Shown here: positions 37,799 to 47,010 of the stretch, one piece after another
How positions within the stretch are numbered: the stretch's first letter is position 1
How the letters are laid out: every line of letters starts with the position of its first letter
Origin: a virus
Lineage: Duplodnaviria; Caudoviricetes
Length of the DNA: 64,000 nt
Direction: 5' to 3' (one strand)
IMG/VR virus record: IMGVR_UViG_3300027805_000006
Position numbers and translations under genes: made by a program
Notes under the pieces: generated by a model
Database searches by the model: none
What the model was told of the DNA's origin: nothing
What the model saw: only the letters and a program-made list of their open reading frames with translations

Positions 37799-38467
37799 TT
37801 ACTTTAGTCCTAACCGCACCAGCACTGCCTTGATAAACGGGTGGTGGGCTGAGAACTCTGGATCGTGACTAATGTTGGTAATGTACTCAAGAAACTGCGC
37901 GATGTGCTCCACGCTTTGGAAGCGATGGTACAGGTCGTATGAAGCAGTTGCTGCAGCGCCAATCATCTGAACCTTTTGCAGCGTTTCAGCAGAAAATAAT
38001 TCAGGGTCAAGATTTGAAATTTGATAATCAAATTTTGAGCAACTTTCATTTATACCTCTCAGGGCTCGCTGCATATCACCGAAAAAATGATTTGATAGAG
38101 AACCGCTGGCATCTGATAGAATAGCAACTGCATCTTCTACCTGCTCTTCGTGTTCTTGATTGCCTTCACGTAGATCAAGAGAAAGATGGAGAGGAGAATA
38201 GTCAAAATCATCAAAATTGCCATCGTCCAACTGGTCATTGAGGTACCTAGATATCTTCTTAAGAAGAGCAAGTTTACTTCCTACGCTTTCGCTGACAACA
38301 GTTGAGGTATCACCAGTAGATTGTTCTTGACCAATCTCTATACCAATAACACCTAACTTTAGTTTTGGTTCCTTTGCTGCAGCGACAGTTGCCTTATGTA
38401 CCTGCTTGGTTAATTTCTTTGTTGCCTTCATACCAGAAGGGGTAAGACCTAATTGATTAAGTTTCAT
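37799..38467 (-). CDS. Hypothetical protein (start revised to MKLNQLGL)
   Basis: TAAATA at 38490-95 precedes the ATG at 38467. Confidence 0.65.
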   Translation of the reverse strand: MKLNQLGLTPSGMKATKKLTKQVHKATVAAAKEPKLKLGVIGIEIGQEQSTGDTSTVVSESVGSKLALLKKISRYLNDQLDDGNFDDFDYSPLHLSLDLREGNQEHEEQVEDAVAILSDASGSLSNHFFGDMQRALRGINESCSKFDYQISNLDPELFSAETLQKVQMIGAAATASYDLYHRFQSVEHIAQFLEYITNISHDPEFSAHHPFIKAVLVRLGLK

Positions 38468-38579
38468 TTTATTACTCTTGCGAATAGAATATTTATTGTG
38501 TAAATCTACCGTGGCGCAGTATTTGTGTGAAAACTGCAACATAAATACAATATTCGCCACCCTAGTACCAAAGCGCACA

Positions 38580-39515
38580 ATGTATAATTTCCAAGAACTC
38601 CAGGAATTTTCTCACAAGAATGCCAATACGTTTAGTTATGGTGGCAGGATTTTGGGTGCAAAACAACTAGGAGAAACCATAGAATTTCACTACTCTCCTG
38701 TTTCAAGAATGGTTGGAACTTTCAAAGAAGAGTGTTTTAATGTAGCAAAACTGTGTCAGGAAAAAGCAAATTTAATGAACAGAACGCCTGCTGTTATGCT
38801 TTCTGGAGGAATGGATAGTCATGTAGTACTTTCATCATTTGTAGAACAGGGGTTGGAATGTGTTCCAGTTATGTCACTCATTAAATTGAATGGTCGTAAT
38901 TTGTCAGAACACGAACAGTTCTACGCTGAAAAGATTTGTAATTATTTTGGATTGAAGTTAGAAAAAACAGATGTTAATCTTGAATGGATTTCATCTAATG
39001 AAGCATTTTCAATTTATTCAAATGTCGGCGCTTTTGGGATAATGAGACTCGTGCATAACAAGGCTGATACGTTTGCTTGGAATGAACTGAATGGAATGGC
39101 GGTATATGGAAATGGAGATATAGTTATTGATAATAAACTACAGACTTGGTGCTTAAGACAACTGGGTCAATATCAAGTTCCTTTTAAATGTGGTCTATTA
39201 GAAAATAAAGTAAATGTCAGTATTTTCTTTCAACACACACCAGAGATACTTGCATCTTTTCTAAATGAGGGCATTATCAAAATGGTAACAAAATTAAAGT
39301 CGCCAGAAGAATTTACTGAATTTAGATTTGTAAAATACCAAGTGTATAGAAAACATTGGCCTTTTTTGGAAATGAGGCCTAAATTTTCAGGCATGGAAAA
39401 ATGCAAAATATTTTTTGATAAAGCAAGAGAAGATTTTTGCAGCAGACTGAATGTAATATATGATGACTTTTGGTATAAACCTATTGACCAAATTAACAAA
39501 ATTCTAATACCATAA
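38580..39515 (+). CDS. PP-loop (adenine nucleotide alpha-hydrolase, AsnB C-terminal-like) enzyme, copy 1
   Basis: VMLSGGMDS PP-loop. Start revised to MYNFQE after TAAATA at 38542-47. Paralog of 41445. Confidence 0.75.
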   Translation: MYNFQELQEFSHKNANTFSYGGRILGAKQLGETIEFHYSPVSRMVGTFKEECFNVAKLCQEKANLMNRTPAVMLSGGMDSHVVLSSFVEQGLECVPVMSLIKLNGRNLSEHEQFYAEKICNYFGLKLEKTDVNLEWISSNEAFSIYSNVGAFGIMRLVHNKADTFAWNELNGMAVYGNGDIVIDNKLQTWCLRQLGQYQVPFKCGLLENKVNVSIFFQHTPEILASFLNEGIIKMVTKLKSPEEFTEFRFVKYQVYRKHWPFLEMRPKFSGMEKCKIFFDKAREDFCSRLNVIYDDFWYKPIDQINKILIP

Positions 39516-39519
39516 ACAT

Positions 39520-40911
39520 ATGAGACACCTTATTATTTTAAATGGAATTTGGCCGTGGCCTGGTCAAAATTCTGCTTGGGCAATTAATCGATCGATGGGT
39601 GCATACCAAATCAGACACTGGCTTAAAAAATTTGGATTTAGCGTTCAAGTGATAGACTTTTGTCAAATTTTAACGGTAAGAGAAATTAAAACGCTACTAG
39701 AGCAGTTTATAGGAGATGAAACTTTTGCTGTTGGTTTTTCAACTACCTACTGGCCAAAAATTGGATCAGCACCATCAAATATGACTGAAACAATTAGTTG
39801 GCTACGAAGCAATTATAGTCAAATTAAATTAGTTGGTGGTGGGATGGGGAAAAAGACATTTGACTCTCTTTTTGATGTTGTTTTTGTGGGTCAGTCTGAG
39901 GACGCATTTGTTTCTTGGTGTCAGCAGCAAATTGGAAAATCAAATAAATCATTATTCAATAAAAAATTCAATATCACTGAACTTGATCATAAGTTTCAAC
40001 TAGAAGACTGTATTCTCCCGTTTGAAGTACTGCCAATAGAACTTGGTAGAGGCTGCATTTTTAAATGCAAGTTTTGCGCGCATCCAAATTTAGGAAAACC
40101 TAAATTTACCTATCAAAGGCATTTTGATCTAATTATTGATGAGATGAAGTATAACCATCAGCAGTTTGGCGTAACTCGTTATAACTTTATGGATGATACG
40201 GTAAATGAAGACATTGAAAAGGTAGAAAATCTTTCACGACTTCCTGATAGTTTAGGGTTTGAAATAATGTGGAATGGTTATCTTCGTGCCGATTTAATAT
40301 GGTCACGAAAGGGAACCGATGCTATGTTAAAACGCAGTGGGATGAAAACGTGTTATTTTGGTATTGAGACTTTTAATCCTGCAGCGGGCAAAGCAATTGA
40401 CAAAGGCTGGGGTGCAAAACACGGGAAAGAATACTTGCCTCACCTATATGAGAATGTATGGCAAAAAGACATCAACATTAGAATAAATTTTATAGTCGGG
40501 TTACCCGGTGAGAGTTTAGAAAGCAGCGAAGAAACATTTAACTGGTGTATGCATCAAGACTTTGGTATGTCTCAATTTACTGCTTTAGATATCTATGAGG
40601 CAAATGCGGGAGAAATAACTTCAGAATTTAGTAGAAATTATAAAGAACACGGGTATGTGCTTACTAATCCCGGTTGGAAAAATGAATTTATGACTTCACA
40701 ACAGGCTGCTGATGCCGCCCTAAGATTTAACAAAGAATTGGGAATGGTAAATAAAGTATCAAGTTGGCCGCTATTTAGTGTTATTTCTCTTGGAACAGAC
40801 TATGAAATTGCTAGGCAAATGAAAGTTGAAGAACTTTATAATTTTCCATTTGCTGTTGTACAAAAGTTTAAACAGCAATACATTAGTAAATTAAAGCAAC
40901 TAAAAGAGTAA
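39520..40911 (+). CDS. Cobalamin-binding radical SAM enzyme, copy 1
   Basis: ELGRGCIFKCKFC (CxxxCxxC), FMDDT, FGIET, and an N-terminal B12-binding-like domain with MGAYQI..WL. Confidence 0.85.
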   Translation: MRHLIILNGIWPWPGQNSAWAINRSMGAYQIRHWLKKFGFSVQVIDFCQILTVREIKTLLEQFIGDETFAVGFSTTYWPKIGSAPSNMTETISWLRSNYSQIKLVGGGMGKKTFDSLFDVVFVGQSEDAFVSWCQQQIGKSNKSLFNKKFNITELDHKFQLEDCILPFEVLPIELGRGCIFKCKFCAHPNLGKPKFTYQRHFDLIIDEMKYNHQQFGVTRYNFMDDTVNEDIEKVENLSRLPDSLGFEIMWNGYLRADLIWSRKGTDAMLKRSGMKTCYFGIETFNPAAGKAIDKGWGAKHGKEYLPHLYENVWQKDINIRINFIVGLPGESLESSEETFNWCMHQDFGMSQFTALDIYEANAGEITSEFSRNYKEHGYVLTNPGWKNEFMTSQQAADAALRFNKELGMVNKVSSWPLFSVISLGTDYEIARQMKVEELYNFPFAVVQKFKQQYISKLKQLKE

Positions 40912-40912
40912 T

Positions 40913-41452
40913 ATGGGAAAACATTTCCTGCATCTTAACTTTCCATTTGACATCGATATGTCGGAAATGGTGTATAGGGAAGCCGCTAATCAAAAAGATG
41001 AAATACAATTGTTTCCAATAAATGCAAGAAAAATAAACACCCAATTAATTGATGTTTTAAACAAAGTTGGAATTTTTGTGCCTCACGCAATTATATTTGT
41101 GACACAACCTAAAGCACATCTTTTCCCACACTCAGACCGGGCTGGAGCAAAATTAAATGTCATTTATGGAAAAAAGGGAAGTAGAATGTTTTGGTGGAAT
41201 ACTACAGCCACACCGAATTATCACAAGACAAAAGTTCATACTGATTATTGGCAGGTGCCTTTAGATCAATGTAAACTAATTGAATCAACAGAAATAGGTA
41301 TAACACTTGTTGATTCAGATGCTATACATTCTGTTATGAATAGCACAAATGAGCCAAGATACGCGCTGAGCATAAACTTAAGAGATAAAAATGGAAATAT
41401 GATACCTTTTTTAGATGCCGCAAAGAGACTAAAAGGATTTAAAAATGATTGA
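40913..41452 (+). CDS. Fe(II)/2-oxoglutarate oxygenase-like protein
   Basis: PHSD (HxD) ... IHSV ... R.ALS facial-triad pattern. Confidence 0.6.
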   Translation: MGKHFLHLNFPFDIDMSEMVYREAANQKDEIQLFPINARKINTQLIDVLNKVGIFVPHAIIFVTQPKAHLFPHSDRAGAKLNVIYGKKGSRMFWWNTTATPNYHKTKVHTDYWQVPLDQCKLIESTEIGITLVDSDAIHSVMNSTNEPRYALSINLRDKNGNMIPFLDAAKRLKGFKND

Positions 41453-42359
41453 ATACACGCAAAACAATAAAATAAATTTTGACTATGGCGGAGAAATGTT
41501 TGGAGATAAGACGTTAGGCTCTACACTAAAATTTAATCTGGCACAATGCACACGACGTCCTAAATCTTTTAAAGAGGAATGCTATGACGTTGCCCGTATT
41601 TTAAATGAAAAAGCAAAACACCAAGGAAGGGTTCCAACGATCTTGCTTTCTGGTGGGTTAGACAGCGAGGTTGTGTGCAAGGCATTTATTGAACAGGATA
41701 TACCCTTTGAGGCTGTAACTTTTAGGTTTGAAAATGAACTAAATCGGCACGAAATTCATTTCGTTAATAAATTTTGCGAAAGACACGGAATAAAGACAAG
41801 ATTTTTTGATATGGATGCCGTGTCTTTTATCAACTCAAGTGCTGCTCTTGAATTATACCTAAAGACCCGTTGTGCAAGAACTATTATGCTGCCGCATATG
41901 CTACTAATATCTGAAGTGTGGAATAATGGCGGAATGCCAATAGTTGGTGGTGGAGATATTGTTATTCACAATAGTAATGGGTGGAAATTTTGCAAATATG
42001 AGTATATGCTTTCTTGGTTTATCCACTCATTAAATGAAAGTATAGATGGGGGAGTAGCATTTTTTCAGCATACTCCAGAAATAATACTAGCAATGCTAAA
42101 CGAAAAAGAGATTATGTGGGCAACAGATCCAAAAAACATAAATGCAAGAATACTAAAGGATGTGCGGTTAGAAAAATATAAAACGTATCATCGTATTTGG
42201 CCAGATTTTGAAAAGCGGCCAAAATACTATGGAATTGAACTTGTATTTGATTTGTATATGCGAAAAATGTTTGAGTTTGATAAGCACCGGCAAATTCAGT
42301 ATGATGGAACTTGGGAAATAGATTTAGCAGAAGCCAGAAAAATTGTTGAACCTATCTAA
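41445..42359 (+). CDS. PP-loop AsnB-C-like enzyme, copy 2
   Basis: ILLSGGLDSE. Shares FKEEC..VA, FFQHTPEI and RPK..G.E with copy 1. Confidence 0.75.
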   Translation: MIEYTQNNKINFDYGGEMFGDKTLGSTLKFNLAQCTRRPKSFKEECYDVARILNEKAKHQGRVPTILLSGGLDSEVVCKAFIEQDIPFEAVTFRFENELNRHEIHFVNKFCERHGIKTRFFDMDAVSFINSSAALELYLKTRCARTIMLPHMLLISEVWNNGGMPIVGGGDIVIHNSNGWKFCKYEYMLSWFIHSLNESIDGGVAFFQHTPEIILAMLNEKEIMWATDPKNINARILKDVRLEKYKTYHRIWPDFEKRPKYYGIELVFDLYMRKMFEFDKHRQIQYDGTWEIDLAEARKIVEPI

Positions 42360-43833
42360 CTGTTGTGACTAGACTAATATTGTCCATTAGGTGAGGTAAG
42401 TTAAAGTGTTTAGAGAACTGTGTTATGTACTTCAACTTGAATTTGTTTGTCTCTATTAGATCTACATCTGGCATCTCGCGTTTCTTCGTGCTTAACACTG
42501 TTTGCATATCATAGCCCATATTAATACCATTAGCAACACTCCACGATGAAACTCTACATCTTGGATTTGTTGCAAGCATTGCCGTATCAGAAAGTTGTTT
42601 TGCAATATGTGATGTTGCATATGGTGATTTCCAGTGCCAATATCCATCTTCTGTTTTTTCAGTTAAGAAAAAACCCAGTTCATTTGCATTTTTTGAAATA
42701 TCTGATCGGTGATCTTTTTTCCCATCTGTTGGAGGTGGCATAACAACAAAACTTCTAAAGGTTATTCTTCCCATTGCGTGTTGGTTCCACCAGCGTATGT
42801 TATCATACACGTCGGTAACTGGATCATGTGGAAGTCCAATTATCATACTGACACACAAATTTATTTTTTTGCCCCAAATATCAGAATAAAGTTTGGGTAG
42901 CCAGTCCTTTGCGTGTTTTGCTGACCACCCCTTTCCAATGTATTGCGCCGCCTTTTTATTAAAAGTTTCTATCCCTAAGAATGGTGAAACTAGACCGCTC
43001 TGCTGTAGGTGTTCGGCGCTTTCTGGTTTTGACCAAATTAAATCCGCGCGGCAGTACCCAACCCACTGTATTGGAAATCCAAGATCTTTTTCAAAATTTG
43101 CAAACCTTGCAACCTTATCGTAGTCTTCATTCGCTGTGTCATCCATAAACATATATTTGTCAGTGCCAAACATATCTTTATTGTACTTCATTTCATCAAC
43201 AAGCAACTGATGCTGTCTTAGGTATGAACCTTTTTCCTTGCCAATTAAAGAATAACTACAAAATTTGCACTTAAAAATACATCCTCTTCCAAGTTCGATT
43301 GGCAGCATTTCACCAGAAATAATCACATCATCGGGTATAAATCGATGATTTAAATCTTTAATGTCAAATGACGGATTAAGTAAAGAAACCCCATGCTTCT
43401 TTTCTTGACACCATTTTAAAAATTCATCTTCTCCATATCCAACAAATGATGCGGCAACAGGAACTCTTGGATCTTCTAAACCGGAGTATTGATATTGTCC
43501 TCCTGTCACTATTTTCAATTTTGGAAATTTTTCTTTTAACTTTTGTATTGCTAGAACAATGTTATCTGACCAAAGTGCCGTTGGTCCCAAAAATGTTCTG
43601 CTAAGTCCTAAGCATATTGTTTTTTCTGATATGAAAGGCTCTGTTAGTGCCACAAGTTCATCATCTTCCATAAGGTGGGCGAACTCAATAACCTGAACCT
43701 TGAAGCCATGTTTTCTCAACCAATATGCAAGTTGATATGCTCCCATTGGACGGGAAAGAACTGGGTGTCTGTCCTTGTAACCATACCTAGTTGCTGCTTT
43801 TATTCCAGACCATAAAATGATATCGCGGTGCAA
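42352..43833 (-). CDS. Cobalamin-binding radical SAM enzyme, copy 2 (TTG start proposed)
   Basis: ELGRGCIFKCKFC, FMDDT, LGIETFN..A...I.KGW. GGAG lies 6 nt before the TTG at 43833, and MHRDIILWSG aligns with the paralog's MRHLIILNG. Confidence 0.85.
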   Translation of the reverse strand: MHRDIILWSGIKAATRYGYKDRHPVLSRPMGAYQLAYWLRKHGFKVQVIEFAHLMEDDELVALTEPFISEKTICLGLSRTFLGPTALWSDNIVLAIQKLKEKFPKLKIVTGGQYQYSGLEDPRVPVAASFVGYGEDEFLKWCQEKKHGVSLLNPSFDIKDLNHRFIPDDVIISGEMLPIELGRGCIFKCKFCSYSLIGKEKGSYLRQHQLLVDEMKYNKDMFGTDKYMFMDDTANEDYDKVARFANFEKDLGFPIQWVGYCRADLIWSKPESAEHLQQSGLVSPFLGIETFNKKAAQYIGKGWSAKHAKDWLPKLYSDIWGKKINLCVSMIIGLPHDPVTDVYDNIRWWNQHAMGRITFRSFVVMPPPTDGKKDHRSDISKNANELGFFLTEKTEDGYWHWKSPYATSHIAKQLSDTAMLATNPRCRVSSWSVANGINMGYDMQTVLSTKKREMPDVDLIETNKFKLKYITQFSKHFNLPHLMDNISLVTTVR

Positions 43834-43858
43834 AATTATCTCCACATTATTATGCAGG

Positions 43859-43884
43859 TATTTATCTGCTGTTTTTAGTAAATA
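43859..43884. promoter_or_regulatory. Back-to-back late promoters (TAAATA minus 43859-64; plus 43879-84)
   Basis: Seen between the divergent radical SAM and oxygenase genes. Confidence 0.6.
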
Positions 43885-43905
43885 TTTCGTAAAAGGAAAA
43901 AACAA

Positions 43906-44679
43906 ATGTCCTATAATACAATTTCAAAAAATGAACTGCTTAGTGTTCTGCAGCGAAATAGAAAGAAACTATTTTTAGATAAGTCAGTTTGGTGCAGAAC
44001 TCTTCAATTGCTAAAACTGGAACAGCAACTTGGAAATATACTCTACTTACCTTTAGATATTGAGCCGCTTCTTGATGATAAGGAAGAACAACTTTTCAAA
44101 GAATGGTTTTTTGAAGTATCAAAACCTATTAAAAAGTACAACTCAACTACAGGGCTTCAATGGGGAGAAAACAATAATCCATATGACGCTATTACAACAC
44201 CGGATTTATCTGACAATGTTTATCATCAAAATCCTGTAGAAATTGATAAATTTTTTCCTGGAATAAAAAAGAAACTAAAGCAACTTCCATTTAAAGAAGT
44301 TCCAGAATACAGGATATGGAGTTCTAGAACAGAAATTCCAATTCACCGAGATGCTTGGTATCCGCTTGACGTTCCAAGCAGTTTTAGATTTATGCTCTTT
44401 GATGAAAATCCAGAAAGCACTTTCTGGCTTCAGGAAGATTTTAGGGATGGCAGTAATGAAAGATTTTTTATTCCAAAGCACAAGTGTTTTTCTTGGAATA
44501 ATCTAAGAACTACTCACGGCTCTGTATTCTCACCGCAATACAGGAAAGCACTTCTTATACCTGCACCCGTTGAATTTGATTTAAGGGAGTTTCGAAAGTT
44601 AATTATTAGGAGTGTAAAAAAATATGAAAATCAAATTGTTTATAGCAGTAAAAAAATAAATGATTTTATTGATGCTTAG
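43906..44679 (+). CDS. Fe(II)/2-oxoglutarate oxygenase-like protein
   Basis: IPIHRD (HxD) ... WNN.RTTHGS. Confidence 0.6.
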   Translation: MSYNTISKNELLSVLQRNRKKLFLDKSVWCRTLQLLKLEQQLGNILYLPLDIEPLLDDKEEQLFKEWFFEVSKPIKKYNSTTGLQWGENNNPYDAITTPDLSDNVYHQNPVEIDKFFPGIKKKLKQLPFKEVPEYRIWSSRTEIPIHRDAWYPLDVPSSFRFMLFDENPESTFWLQEDFRDGSNERFFIPKHKCFSWNNLRTTHGSVFSPQYRKALLIPAPVEFDLREFRKLIIRSVKKYENQIVYSSKKINDFIDA

Positions 44680-45221
44680 ATGAACCCATATTTTTCAAAT
44701 TTTTTTGCTACTAAATTAAATGGGATGGAAAACCAACTGAACTGAATAAAAGAACGAGTTTCGCCTTCTGGTATATCAACGCTGTGTATTTTTGAAATGT
44801 TTAAAAGATATGCATCATCTTTTTCAGCGGTAAAACTAGAAATTTCTTCAAGGTCTTTTGGATCATACTGGTTAGGAACTTTATGATGATCAGCAAGATT
44901 TTCAGAATAGTACTTGCTCATTACAGGTTTTGCCTTTGGTTTTATTTTCCAAAATCTAGTTATTCCCTTTCCTGGTCCTATGTAGATATTAAGTTTTGCT
45001 GAAGCATCTACATCAAAATGTGGAACAAAAGAATTATATGCTTCTGACAAACAAATCTGCTCTGGAGAAAGAATTCTCAGTTGCTCTGGAGAAAAGAGTG
45101 TATAAAGCCTTTTTATTTTAAACTTATGAATTGAACTCCCGCGCCAAAGAAATTCGCCTTTATAGGCATCTACACTTTCAGACTGTATTTTAAATTTTGT
45201 TTTTATAAATGAAGGATACAT
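44676..45221 (-). CDS. Fe(II)/2-oxoglutarate oxygenase-like protein
   Basis: FVPHFD..AKLNI...LLNISKIHSV...R.FIQ. Resembles 40913. Confidence 0.6.
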   Translation of the reverse strand: MYPSFIKTKFKIQSESVDAYKGEFLWRGSSIHKFKIKRLYTLFSPEQLRILSPEQICLSEAYNSFVPHFDVDASAKLNIYIGPGKGITRFWKIKPKAKPVMSKYYSENLADHHKVPNQYDPKDLEEISSFTAEKDDAYLLNISKIHSVDIPEGETRSFIQFSWFSIPFNLVAKKFEKYGFI

Positions 45222-45228
45222 CCAATTT

Positions 45229-45738
45229 TCAATCCTTTATTAAGCGCTGCTGCTGTCTTGTAAGTCCTTCAGATAACTCCTTAAGATTTTTTGGTTTTTC
45301 AATAGGTTGCTTACTTAGATCTGGTTTTATATTTACTGGTGCTGGAGGAGGTGGTTTTACCTCTGCTTTAGGAGTAGCCTTTTCACCAACACTTGGCACA
45401 GGTACTACAGGTGCAGGAGTGGGTGCTGGAACCGGAGTTAGTTCTGGAACTGCAGCGACTGGAGGTGACGGCATAATCAGCGCTCTTGGTCTTTCAACTG
45501 GAACAGTCTTCATTCTGTCCTGAAGAATTACAAGCATTGCCTGCTGAAATCCTACCAACTGTGCGAGTTCTTTTTGGAGATCAGCGTTCCTCTGTTCTAA
45601 TTTTTTAATTTCTTCTGTTAGGCGCTCATCCTTTGCGTACCGCTCATCTATTTTGAAAAGAAGGGGTATTGAGACGGTCAAAGATGAAATGACAGCCGCC
45701 AGCGTTGCTGGAATTCCTATTTTTCTTAATAGTTCCAT
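45229..45738 (-). CDS. Membrane-anchored coiled-coil / Pro-rich protein
   Basis: N-terminal TM, heptad segment and PAPTPAP-rich tail. Confidence 0.7.
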   Translation of the reverse strand: MELLRKIGIPATLAAVISSLTVSIPLLFKIDERYAKDERLTEEIKKLEQRNADLQKELAQLVGFQQAMLVILQDRMKTVPVERPRALIMPSPPVAAVPELTPVPAPTPAPVVPVPSVGEKATPKAEVKPPPPAPVNIKPDLSKQPIEKPKNLKELSEGLTRQQQRLIKD

Positions 45739-45747
45739 ATTGTTGTC

Positions 45748-46080
45748 TCACACTGAAAAACTAGAACCACAGCCGCAAGTAGTAGAAGCATTTGGGTTAT
45801 TGATGGTAAAACTACTTCCCAGCAGTTCTTCCTTGTAGTCAATCTCAGCACCTGCAAGGTAGGTTTCGCTCATCGCATCAACTACTACCTTTATTTCCCC
45901 AAGATCGACTTCAAAATCGTCTTCGTGCTGCTCTTCATCAAGGGTAAAGCCAAACTGAAATCCTGCGCAGCCACCACCCTGTACGAATGCCCTTAGTTTT
46001 AGGTTAGGGTTTCCTTCAGATGTGATGATGTCAAAGATTTTTTGCTTTGCTTCAGGGGAAACTGTTAATTGAGACTGCAT
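45748..46080 (-). CDS. erpA: Iron-sulfur cluster insertion protein, A-type carrier (ErpA/IscA/HesB)
   Basis: [21 protein letters not shown]...VVDAMS..YL.GA.IDY...[16 protein letters not shown]. Confidence 0.92.
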   Translation of the reverse strand: MQSQLTVSPEAKQKIFDIITSEGNPNLKLRAFVQGGGCAGFQFGFTLDEEQHEDDFEVDLGEIKVVVDAMSETYLAGAEIDYKEELLGSSFTINNPNASTTCGCGSSFSV

Positions 46081-46115
46081 TTGTTGGTCCTCTAATATGG
46101 TTATGGGTTTAGAAA

Positions 46116-46550
46116 TTACTTATTCAGTGAAAAAACTACATCATATTCATATCGCAATGGCTTAATAATTTGAATTAAATTACAACTGTAGTCAAGTGCA
46201 ACTCTTAGGGTTATATCTCCAACTAGTGGGCCATACGATAATGGTAAAACTTGATCAACTATATCTGGTTTTACTTGATTCATTTTTTGCACTTGGCCTG
46301 CAGTAACATGGACTGCTGGAAGTGTCTCTACCTGCCCTTCATGAATGACTTGGCGATAAATGTCGACGTCGCAGAAGCGGTGACGTTTAAATCCATATGT
46401 TAGCATAATTCGGTTATTATGTATTTTTGCTGTAGCCTCACCAGTATATTCTCCAGGCAGAGATGTATCAAGCAACATGTAGACAATGCTTATCACAAGC
46501 GCAAGGCTTGGTACCCAAATTAATTTGTAGAGATAATCTAAGCGTGACAT
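46116..46550 (-). CDS. Hypothetical protein with N-terminal TM and two Cys (possibly lysis-associated)
   Basis: Hydrophobic N-terminus and RFCD...YSCN. Confidence 0.65.
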   Translation of the reverse strand: MSRLDYLYKLIWVPSLALVISIVYMLLDTSLPGEYTGEATAKIHNNRIMLTYGFKRHRFCDVDIYRQVIHEGQVETLPAVHVTAGQVQKMNQVKPDIVDQVLPLSYGPLVGDITLRVALDYSCNLIQIIKPLRYEYDVVFSLNK

Positions 46551-46552
46551 TG

Positions 46553-46828
46553 TTATTGACCACCAGCCCTAATAACATTCTTTAGTGTATCCCATACCGT
46601 AGTAATGCCGATTAAAATCGCTGCTATCCACGTTACGACTGAAAGTGTTTGCTTTGCTAACCATTTGCGGCGGCCATCCTCTTCAATCATCTTACGAATA
46701 TATTTCATCTCATCGGCAGTTAACATATTTTCGGAATGATCTAGTTGGCGGCGGCGCTCGGGGCCATTATAATTGTCTGAGTCTTTGCGGACTCGGCGTT
46801 CTATAAATTCTTTTTCGTCTCTTGACAT
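46553..46828 (-). CDS. Single-TM protein, holin-like candidate (start revised to MSRDEK)
   Basis: Charged N-terminus (ERRV, PERRR) and a C-terminal TM. Confidence 0.5.
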   Translation of the reverse strand: MSRDEKEFIERRVRKDSDNYNGPERRRQLDHSENMLTADEMKYIRKMIEEDGRRKWLAKQTLSVVTWIAAILIGITTVWDTLKNVIRAGGQ

Positions 46829-46963
46829 TTTAATGCTACCTTTCAGCGTGCGGTTAATTATGGGTTTATTCCATATTTTGAAAGCACCTTTAAAAGGCGG
46901 CTGGTGTCTAGATCGCTTGAATTCTTTTTTCAAGAGTTTTTACGTAGTCGTAAAAGATGCTCT

Positions 46964-47008
46964 TTTAAAGTATTATTTAAAGTATTATTTAAAGTATTAT
47001 TTAAAGTA
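46964..47008. repeat. 12-bp tandem repeat TTTAAAGTATTA x3.75, intergenic
   Basis: Units start at 46964, 46976, 46988 and 47000. Confidence 0.9.
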
Positions 47009-47010
47009 CT

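Noticed and set aside
38580-42359. Lasso-peptide biosynthetic cluster
   Set aside because: The AsnB-like PP-loop enzymes have no accompanying transglutaminase-like B peptidase, RRE or recognisable precursor peptide.
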